Assembly: GCA_041661045.1 (NCBI GenBank)
Contig: JBAZVE010000001.1
Coordinates: forward strand, 990,001-1,022,000
Origin: Candidatus Saccharimonadota bacterium
GTDB taxonomy: Bacteria; Patescibacteriota; Gracilibacteria; UBA1369; 2-02-FULL-48-14
Length of the DNA stretch: 32,000 nt
Reading direction: 5' to 3'
Shown here: one piece after another, positions 11,433-18,023 of the stretch
Layout of the letters: each line of letters starts with the position of its first letter
How positions within the stretch are numbered: the first letter of the stretch is position 1
Notes under the pieces: model-generated
The model's database searches: none
Seen by the model: the letters and a program-made list of their open reading frames with translations, nothing else
What the model was told of the DNA's origin: nothing
Position numbers and translations under genes: made by a program

Positions 11433-12761
11433 CTAGATTTTAGCAATCCTTTCATAGACGCTTTTTTCGTAGGCGTCGAGATCCGGGATCATGAGGCGAG
11501 CCATTCCGGACTGCATTGCGGCTTCCGCCACGGCGCGGGCCACGGTTGGAACCACGCGGATGTCGAATTGTTTGGGGATGATGTAACCCGGGATGATGCC
11601 TTCTTTGGCTTGGAAGTGACCTTTTTGAGCTTCTTCGGGATAAGCGCTTTCTAAGATTGCACGGACTTCATCGGGTGGCGTTTTTTTGACTAGGGAAGCG
11701 AGGGCCTTTGCGGCAGCCAGCTTCATGGCTTGATTTACAGATCGGCAACGAGTGTCCAGGGCTCCTCTAAAAATACCGGGGAAACCCAGGGAGTTGTTCA
11801 CTTGATTTGGATAATCGCTTCGTCCGGTTCCAATGACTTTTACTCCGGCTTCAATGGCGTCTTCCGGCATGATCTCCGGGGTGGGGTTGGCCACGGCAAA
11901 AACAATGGCATCGGGATTCATTGTTTTTGCTACCTCTTTGCTGAGGAGACCGGCACGGGAGACTCCGATGAAAATATCGGCTCCCTGAACCGTTTCTCCC
12001 AAAGATTTTGCTTCGGAGACTTTGGCGAATTTGCGTTTTTGACTGTTCAAGTCTTCTCGAGCTTCCGTGATGAGGCCCTTGCTGTCACACAGGTATACTT
12101 TTTGCAGATCCGCACCCATGTCCAAAAGAAGGTTGGCGCAGGAGATCCCTGCGGCACCGGCACCGCTGAAAACAATCTTCACGGCATCGATTTTTTTGCC
12201 CACCGCTTCCAGTGCATTGAGTATGCCGGCGGTGATCACAATACTGGTGCCTTCTTGATCGTCGTGAAAGACGGGAATATCCATTTCTGCATCCAGCTTT
12301 TTTTGAAGGTCGAAGCAGAGCGGGGCCTTGATGTCTTCCAGAATGATGGCACCAAAGGTGGGTTCCAACAATTTGATGGCGGAAATGAGCTCGTTTTGGC
12401 GAGCTTCATTATGGTCGATTTTACCTCCCAAACAGAGCGGCGTCCCGTTGATATCGGCGAATCTTTTGAGAAGTACCACCTTGCCCTCCATTACGGGGAG
12501 AGCGGCTTCGGGTCCCACTTCTCCAAGTCCCAAAACGGCGGTTCCATCACTCACCACGGCGACAGAGTTCCCCTTACCGGTGTAGTCGAAAACGGCGTCT
12601 TTATTTTTATAAATCTCCAGGCTCGGCAGTGCGACTCCGGGGGTGTAGGCCATGGAAAGATCTCTGGCGCTTTCGCAGGCTTTTGTTGGCTTGGTCGCAA
12701 TTTTTCCCGGGACGGGATTCCGATGGTAATCGAGGACTTCTTCGTTGGTGATGGCAGTCAT
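11433..12761 (-). CDS. NAD(P)-dependent malic enzyme (short form, no phosphotransacetylase-like domain)
   Basis: 442-aa ORF. N-terminus DYHRNPVPGKIATKPTKACESARDLSMAYTPGVALP, then VAVVSDGTAVLGLGEVGPEAALPVMEGK and the Rossmann motif FSGAGAAGISCANLL. Confidence 0.93.
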   Translation of the reverse strand: MTAITNEEVLDYHRNPVPGKIATKPTKACESARDLSMAYTPGVALPSLEIYKNKDAVFDYTGKGNSVAVVSDGTAVLGLGEVGPEAALPVMEGKVVLLKRFADINGTPLCLGGKIDHNEARQNELISAIKLLEPTFGAIILEDIKAPLCFDLQKKLDAEMDIPVFHDDQEGTSIVITAGILNALEAVGKKIDAVKIVFSGAGAAGISCANLLLDMGADLQKVYLCDSKGLITEAREDLNSQKRKFAKVSEAKSLGETVQGADIFIGVSRAGLLSKEVAKTMNPDAIVFAVANPTPEIMPEDAIEAGVKVIGTGRSDYPNQVNNSLGFPGIFRGALDTRCRSVNQAMKLAAAKALASLVKKTPPDEVRAILESAYPEEAQKGHFQAKEGIIPGYIIPKQFDIRVVPTVARAVAEAAMQSGMARLMIPDLDAYEKSVYERIAKI

Positions 12762-12781
12762 GGTGCTTTAACGGTTAGAGA

Positions 12782-12879
12782 GGATGCCGCTTACGCGGCG
12801 TTCTTGCTTAGCAGGCCGTTGGCCCGCTTAGGATGTTGCTTGCGCAACCTTATTGCTTAGCAGGCCGATCGGCCTGCAT
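12782..12879 (-). repeat. Tandem pair of a ~49-bp two-hairpin intergenic element (units 12782-12830 and 12831-12879)
   Basis: Both units start GGATG, then carry hairpin 1, then TTGCTTAGCAGGCCG, then hairpin 2. Hairpin 1 is gccgc-ttac-gcggc (12786-12799) in unit 1 and gttgc-ttgc-gcaac (12835-12848) in unit 2. Hairpin 2 is ggcc-gtt-ggcc (12814-12824) in unit 1 and the 18-nt palindrome gcaggccgatcggcctgc (12860-12877) in unit 2. Minus-sense loops of hairpin 1 read GTAA and GCAA (GNRA). Unit 2 overlaps the last 9 codons and stop of purA. Confidence 0.75.
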
Positions 12880-14277
12880 GGAAATGTACTGATCCCGGTT
12901 TGGTCCCACGGAAATTCCGCGGATACGGCAACCGGCTTGAGTTTCAATTTTTTGGAGCAGTGTCAGCAAGTTTTTTGGCAACTCTTCTTTTGTGCGCATA
13001 CCGGTGAGGTCTTCGGTAAAACTTTCTTCCCATGAATAGATGGGGCGAACACGGGCATAGGCTGCGGTGGAGGCTGGGATGTAATCGATGTTTTTCCCCT
13101 CCAACTCATAGCCAACCACCAATGGAATCTTTCCTTCTTTGGTTTTTGAATAGAATTGAAGCAAGTCACACTTGGTGATCACTATTTCTTCCACTCCGTT
13201 GGATTTTACGGCGTGGCTCAATTGAACCAAATCCAAAATTCCAATGCGTCGTGGCCTTCCGGTTACGGTTCCATATTCTCTGGAAAGCACTCGAAAGGCT
13301 TTTCCCACTTCAAAATCATCTTCTGACTGTAAGAGTGTTTCCACGGGGAGGATGGATTCGGTTTCACGGTTGTTGATGGAATCTCCATTTTCATTCACTG
13401 CCATGCAGTAATCCTCGGATTTTTTGCCACCAAATTCCGAGACAAAGGGGCCGTGTCCCACTCTGGACATCAAAGCCTTTACCACACCGATGGTTTTGTG
13501 ATGAAAGTTTGGGGGGAGGTCTCCGCCCGTGTAGGCGGCGGGGGCGCAGGTTGCGCTGGAGGTTACAAACGGCACAGAACCTTTATTGACATCCAGCATG
13601 TAGGATTGAGCTCCTTCAAAAAGCACCTTGGCTCCGACTTCCGCTTTTTTATAAAGATAAAGCACATCTTCTTCAAAAAAATCTTTCACTTTTTCCAGGG
13701 CGGCGCGCATTTTTGTGAAATGAGAGGGGAGGTCAAAACTTGGGAAGTGATAGAGCGAGTCCGCATAATCATAGTTGGCTTGCATCAGCGAGAAGCAGTT
13801 TTCTTCATTGTCCAAAAGATCGCACAATCTTAAATTTACGGTGTTTTTGCCATTCATTCTCAGGGCTCGGTCGGCGTAAGCCGGGCCGATTCCGTTCTTG
13901 GTCGTGCCCACTTCTTTTCCCAAAATGGTGTCCATCAAAATGTGATGCGGCTGCACCAGCCCGGCCTGAGGGGAGAAACGGAGGCGGTTCTTTAAAATAA
14001 TTCCTTGAGCTTCGATGTTTGTGATTTCTTCCGCCAGTTTGATGATGTCGATGACGCAGCCGGAGCCCACATACAGATCCATGCTCTCATACAAAACACC
14101 TGATGGAACTTGCCTCAGTGCCAGTCTCAGACCCTTTGCTTCTATGGTGTGTCCGGCGTTGGCGCCACCGTTGAACCGCGCCACCACGGTGTAGTCGCTG
14201 GCCATGTCGTCGATCACGCGGGCTTTGCCCTCATCTCCATATTGTAAACCGATGACGATGTCTGAGTAACCGTTCAT
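12850..14277 (-). CDS. purA: Adenylosuccinate synthetase (divergent, long form)
   Basis: 475-aa ORF. P-loop-like YGDEGKARVIDD, then FNGGANAGHTI, GTTKNGIGPAYADR, FEGAQSYMLDVNKGSVPFVTSS and GTVTGRPRRIG. These blocks are collinear with E. coli PurA. Confidence 0.9.
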   Translation of the reverse strand: MNGYSDIVIGLQYGDEGKARVIDDMASDYTVVARFNGGANAGHTIEAKGLRLALRQVPSGVLYESMDLYVGSGCVIDIIKLAEEITNIEAQGIILKNRLRFSPQAGLVQPHHILMDTILGKEVGTTKNGIGPAYADRALRMNGKNTVNLRLCDLLDNEENCFSLMQANYDYADSLYHFPSFDLPSHFTKMRAALEKVKDFFEEDVLYLYKKAEVGAKVLFEGAQSYMLDVNKGSVPFVTSSATCAPAAYTGGDLPPNFHHKTIGVVKALMSRVGHGPFVSEFGGKKSEDYCMAVNENGDSINNRETESILPVETLLQSEDDFEVGKAFRVLSREYGTVTGRPRRIGILDLVQLSHAVKSNGVEEIVITKCDLLQFYSKTKEGKIPLVVGYELEGKNIDYIPASTAAYARVRPIYSWEESFTEDLTGMRTKEELPKNLLTLLQKIETQAGCRIRGISVGPNRDQYISMQADRPAKQ

Positions 14278-14320
14278 GGCCCAAAACTAGCACATTGCTC
14301 AGCGCTATGGAAGCGTTGTT

Positions 14321-14941
14321 TTAATACAGTTCTTTCCAAATGCGTTCGGAGAGGACGGAGGCTTCGCCACGGGTCGAGTTGTTGTGAGGACGAAAGGATC
14401 CGTCTCCGTAACCTTCAATTATTCCGTATTCAATGCCCACCATTACGGCGGCGGCGAACCAATCGTCTCCGCTCACATCCGAGAACCGGCTTTCAAAATT
14501 GTAAACCTCGTAATCCGTGATTCCTGCGACTTGGATTGCCATGCTCAAGGCTTCCGCTCGAGTGATGGGTGCATTGGGGTGAAAGCTGCCGTCGTTGTAC
14601 CCGCTTACAAAACCTTTTGATCTGGCAAAAGTGACGAATGGGTAGTACCACTCTCCCGGAGCAATGTCCGTGAAGCTTGCGCTCTGCACCGAATAAACGG
14701 TGTAGCCCAAGTTGACCAGGGAGATTTTTAAGAATTCCGCTCGAGTGACCTCGGTATCGGGCGAAAAATTCCGTTCGGAATATCCTTCCACCACGCCATT
14801 TTGGTAGAGAAAACAAATTTCATCTTCGGCGAAGTGGCCCGCGATATCGATGAAAGGATGTTCACAACCCGAAACAGTCAACTCTGCGGAAGCAGTGGGA
14901 ATGAGAAGGGTGAAGAGAAGAGTGGAGAGGAGTTTTTTCAT
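14321..14941 (-). CDS. Small secreted SLH-only protein (signal peptide plus three SLH repeats)
   Basis: The ORF track extends to 15166 across the trpS 3' end. I trimmed it to the ATG at 14941 (MKKLLSTLLFTLLIPTASA|ELT, a signal-peptide-like start). Repeats: FIDIAGHFAEDEICFLYQNGVVEGYSERNFSPDTEVTRAEFLKI, FTDIAPGEWYYPFVTFARSKGFVSGYNDGSFHPNAPITRAEALSM and FSDVSGDDWFAAAVMVGIEYGIIEGYGDGSFRPHNNSTRGEASVL. Confidence 0.85.
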   Translation of the reverse strand: MKKLLSTLLFTLLIPTASAELTVSGCEHPFIDIAGHFAEDEICFLYQNGVVEGYSERNFSPDTEVTRAEFLKISLVNLGYTVYSVQSASFTDIAPGEWYYPFVTFARSKGFVSGYNDGSFHPNAPITRAEALSMAIQVAGITDYEVYNFESRFSDVSGDDWFAAAVMVGIEYGIIEGYGDGSFRPHNNSTRGEASVLSERIWKELY

Positions 14942-14948
14942 GGGTGGA

Positions 14949-14962
14949 GGATGTTGCTTGCG
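14949..14962 (-). repeat. 14-bp remnant of the two-hairpin intergenic element
   Basis: ggatgttgcttgcg is identical to the first 14 nt of the copies at 12831 and 17925. The 3' arm of hairpin 1 is missing. It lies between the trpS stop (14967) and the SLH-only gene start (14941). Confidence 0.6.
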
Positions 14963-14966
14963 ATAT

Positions 14967-15929
14967 TTATAGACCGATCCTTTCGTAGACCGTGGCCATG
15001 GTTTCTCGAGCCAGTTTTGCCGCTTTTTTTGCACCCATATCCATGATTTCTTCGAGCTCTTTGGAGTTTTCAAGTTTCTCTCGGCGAACCTTTGCTTCCG
15101 CAAAAAAGCCGATGAGTTTTTCGAAGAGAGCTTGTTTCGCGCGGCCATAACCGAAGCCCCCTGCACGATAGTTTGCCTTCAGGTCCTCCAGCTCTTTTGA
15201 ACTAGAAAATTGTTCATATAGAGAAAGGATGAGGTCGTTTTCCAGCGGCATGGGATCCTTGAGATCCACGCTGGCGGTTTTGATGCTCATGACTTGTTTT
15301 TTGATCACCGCTTCGTCATCAAAAATACTGATGGTGTTGTTGTAGCTCTTGCTCATTTTTTGACCATCCAAGCCTGGTACGGTGGCCACTTCTTTTTCAA
15401 TTTTGGGCTCCGGAAGTTTAAAAGTTTCTCCATAAATATGATTGAATTTCTCGGCAATATCTCTGGCAATTTCCACATGTTGGCGTTGATCTTGGCCCAC
15501 GGGGACCCAATCGGCTTGGTAAATCAAAATATCTGCAGCCATTAAGACTGGATAAGTGAAGAGTCCAACGGTCATTTCTCGATTTCCTTTTTCTAGCGCA
15601 TCTTTCCAAGCATGTGCTCTTTCTAAGAGTCCGTGTGGAGCAATGCTGGATAAAATCCATGTAAGTTCAGCGTGTTCGGGCACGGCACTTTGGTAGAAGA
15701 ACGAGACTTTTTCGGGATCTAGACCCAGGGCTAAATAATCCAAAACAACTCCTCGGCGGTAGCCTCGCATTTCTTCAGCGTTTCTTACCGTGGTGAGCGC
15801 ATGGTAGTCCGCCACAAAATAGAGACATTCGTGGTTTTCTTCTTGTAGGGCGATGTGTTGTTTGATCGCACCCAAGTAGTTTCCGATGTGGGGTTTTCCC
15901 GTTGGCTTGATTCCGGATAAAATGCGCAT
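14967..15929 (-). CDS. trpS: Tryptophanyl-tRNA synthetase
   Basis: The ORF track extends to 16157 inside priA. I trimmed it to the ATG at 15929 (MRILSGIKPTGKPHIGNYLGAIKQ, carrying the HIGH-type motif). KMSKS is present (DGQKMSKSYNN). 320 aa. Confidence 0.95.
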   Translation of the reverse strand: MRILSGIKPTGKPHIGNYLGAIKQHIALQEENHECLYFVADYHALTTVRNAEEMRGYRRGVVLDYLALGLDPEKVSFFYQSAVPEHAELTWILSSIAPHGLLERAHAWKDALEKGNREMTVGLFTYPVLMAADILIYQADWVPVGQDQRQHVEIARDIAEKFNHIYGETFKLPEPKIEKEVATVPGLDGQKMSKSYNNTISIFDDEAVIKKQVMSIKTASVDLKDPMPLENDLILSLYEQFSSSKELEDLKANYRAGGFGYGRAKQALFEKLIGFFAEAKVRREKLENSKELEEIMDMGAKKAAKLARETMATVYERIGL

Positions 15930-15936
15930 GTCTTTT

Positions 15937-17904
15937 TTATACGCTGATTTGAGGATCCGCGTCAATTCGCCAGTTCGTGAGACTCTCCTCTGGAAGATCT
16001 TTGAGTAGTGCTGCCGGGTTTTGGCCTTGAAGGAGCACATTCCATTGGTACTGTCCTTTGATTCTTGGGAGTAAGGCGGGGGCGGCATAAATTTGGATCT
16101 GGAGCGGGAGGGATTCGGCTTTTGCCTTGAGTTCTCCCTCCAGTTTTTTTGCGGCATTCTCGCAGAAACTTTGGTCTTTGTTGGAGATCATGAGTTTGAG
16201 GATTTTGCCAAATGGAGGCATGGTCGACTCCTTTCTTGCACTAATTTCTTGTTCATAAAACCCTTTGTAATCGTGAGTTTGACTATAAAATATACTCGGA
16301 TGGTCCGGATTGTAGGTCTGTATCAACACTTCTCCTTGTTTTTCTCTTCTTCCTGCGCGACCGGCCACTTGGGTTAGCAGTTGGAAAATGCGCTCTGAAG
16401 TGCGGAAATCCGGGATATGGAGGCCGAGATCTGCCAAAATCACTCCCACCAAGCTCACATTCGGCACATCTAAACCTTTCCCAATCATTTGGGTCCCAAT
16501 GAGAATATCGATTTCACGATTGTGCAGGCGGTCGTGCAGATCACTGAAGCTGTCCTTTTTCCCCATGGTGTCCCTGTCGGCCCTTTGAATGCGAGCCAGT
16601 GGAAAGAGTTTTCTCAATTCAGTTTCCACTTTTTCGGTGCCTACTCCAATGGTTTTGATGCGAGAGCCTTTGCACTTTGGACAGAGTTCGGGGAAGCTTT
16701 CCATTTGTCCGCAGTGATGACAGAGTAGCGTTTCTTTTTTAAATTTGCGGGCGTGATGTGTGAGAGGAAGATCACAATTGGGGCACTCCAGTACGAAACC
16801 GCAATCTCTACACAGCACTGAAGAGGAGGTTCCACGACGGTTGAGAAAGAGGATGATCTGCTCTTTTTGCTCCAATGTTGATCTAATTTTTTGTTCAAGC
16901 ACCTCGCTGAATATGGAAAAATTGCGAGCTTTGAGTTCTTCACGCATGTCGATGATTTGAACGGTTGGGAGCGGAGTCCCGGCAATCCGTTCCTCGAGCT
17001 CAAAGAGGGCAAACTCTCCGTTTTGTGCTTTAAAATAGGTCTCGATGCTTGGCGTTGCAGAGCCAAAAACCACTTGGGCGCCCGTGAGCTCCGCACATTT
17101 TAGGGCGGTTTCCCTGGCGTGATATCGCGGACTTTGATCTTGCTTATAGGACCATTCGTGTTCTTCATCCATAATGATGAGTCCCAGTTTTTTAAAGGGA
17201 GAAAAGAGAGCGCTGCGAGAACCCAAGACCAAATGAATTTTTCCGGATTGAATCTCACGCCAGACTTTTGCTCGTTTCCCTTCGCTGATTCGACTGTGGA
17301 TCACGGTCACTTCGGGGAAGGCTGCTTCAAAATAATGCAAAAGCTGTGGAGTGAGGGAGATTTCCGGAACCAGGAGTAAACACTGCTCGCCCTTTTGAAT
17401 AAAATTTTTGATCAAGTGCTTGTATATTTCAGTTTTTCCGGAACCGGTGATGCCTCGAATTAAGGAAACTTTGGGCTTTTCTTCCAGAATGGTTTTCACG
17501 ATTTTTCCTTGTTCCGGGGTCAGGGTGTGGATCACTTCCTCCTTTATTTTTTGGACTTCAGGCTTGGATTTCCGTTCTTTTATTTGTTTTCTAAAGATGT
17601 TTTTTGGCAGCATCAAGCGGAATGCATCGTATTTTGAGCAAAAATAGTATTCAGCTATCCACTCGGCCAGTTCGATTTGCCAATTTTGCAGTAAACCTTC
17701 TTCGTTCAGCAGTCCTAAAATATTTTTTGTGGCGAACTCCGGTTTGTGGGCATGGAGCCGTAAAACCAGGCCGGCTTTTTCACCTCTTTGAAAGGGCACC
17801 AAGACTCCATCCCCAATTTTTACATTCAATTCTGCAGGTACTCCATAAGTGAGCGCCGTTTGTTTTCGAGCGAAAGCGTGTTGTATTAAAATTTCTGCGT
17901 ACAT
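15937..17904 (-). CDS. priA: Primosomal replication-restart helicase PriA
   Basis: 655-aa ORF. Walker A GITGSGKTEIY, DEEH box (IIMDEEHEWSYKQ), and a Cys-rich zinc-binding insert CRDCGFVLECPNCDLPLTHH...CHHCG...CPKCKG. Confidence 0.95.
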   Translation of the reverse strand: MYAEILIQHAFARKQTALTYGVPAELNVKIGDGVLVPFQRGEKAGLVLRLHAHKPEFATKNILGLLNEEGLLQNWQIELAEWIAEYYFCSKYDAFRLMLPKNIFRKQIKERKSKPEVQKIKEEVIHTLTPEQGKIVKTILEEKPKVSLIRGITGSGKTEIYKHLIKNFIQKGEQCLLLVPEISLTPQLLHYFEAAFPEVTVIHSRISEGKRAKVWREIQSGKIHLVLGSRSALFSPFKKLGLIIMDEEHEWSYKQDQSPRYHARETALKCAELTGAQVVFGSATPSIETYFKAQNGEFALFELEERIAGTPLPTVQIIDMREELKARNFSIFSEVLEQKIRSTLEQKEQIILFLNRRGTSSSVLCRDCGFVLECPNCDLPLTHHARKFKKETLLCHHCGQMESFPELCPKCKGSRIKTIGVGTEKVETELRKLFPLARIQRADRDTMGKKDSFSDLHDRLHNREIDILIGTQMIGKGLDVPNVSLVGVILADLGLHIPDFRTSERIFQLLTQVAGRAGRREKQGEVLIQTYNPDHPSIFYSQTHDYKGFYEQEISARKESTMPPFGKILKLMISNKDQSFCENAAKKLEGELKAKAESLPLQIQIYAAPALLPRIKGQYQWNVLLQGQNPAALLKDLPEESLTNWRIDADPQISV

Positions 17905-17924
17905 AGTGAGGATGAGAATGAGAT

Positions 17925-17977
17925 GGATGTTGCTTGCGCAACCTTATTGCTTAGCCTCCGTTTCACTCCGGCTTAGC
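17925..17977 (-). repeat. Dispersed copy of the two-hairpin intergenic element in the priA / metalloprotease divergent region
   Basis: The 31 nt ggatgttgcttgcgcaaccttattgcttagc (17925-17955) are identical to 12831-12861. They are followed by 15 nt and a second GCTTAGC (17971-17977). Hairpin 1 is at 17929-17942. Confidence 0.75.
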
Positions 17978-18023
17978 ATAAACCATTTTACAAAAAGCCC
18001 CAAACCTGCTTCACTATTTTCTG

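Noticed and set aside
11730-12860. 376-aa plus-strand ORF fully antisense to the malic enzyme gene
   Set aside because: The opposite strand encodes an unmistakable malic enzyme with conserved motifs. The antisense product has odd composition (G/F/H-rich) and no recognisable motif. Long stop-free antisense frames are a known by-product of codon bias.
12784-12891. Small peptides starting at the ATG inside GGATG of each repeat unit (MPLTRRSCLAGRWPA and MLLAQPYCLAGRSACMEMY)
   Set aside because: The differences between units are compensatory for base pairing but non-conservative for the peptide (PLTR versus LLAQ). The third copy reads into a different frame context. RNA/DNA structure explains the conservation better.
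14942-15166. N-terminal extension of the SLH-only ORF (track start 15166). Similar extensions occur for trpS (to 16157), greA (from 1307) and the putative endonuclease (to 22219).
   Set aside because: Each extension overlaps the well-supported 3' end of the upstream gene, or the tRNA gene in the last case. In each case an internal ATG yields a canonical N-terminus: a signal peptide, the HIGH region, the GreA start and MPIQ respectively.
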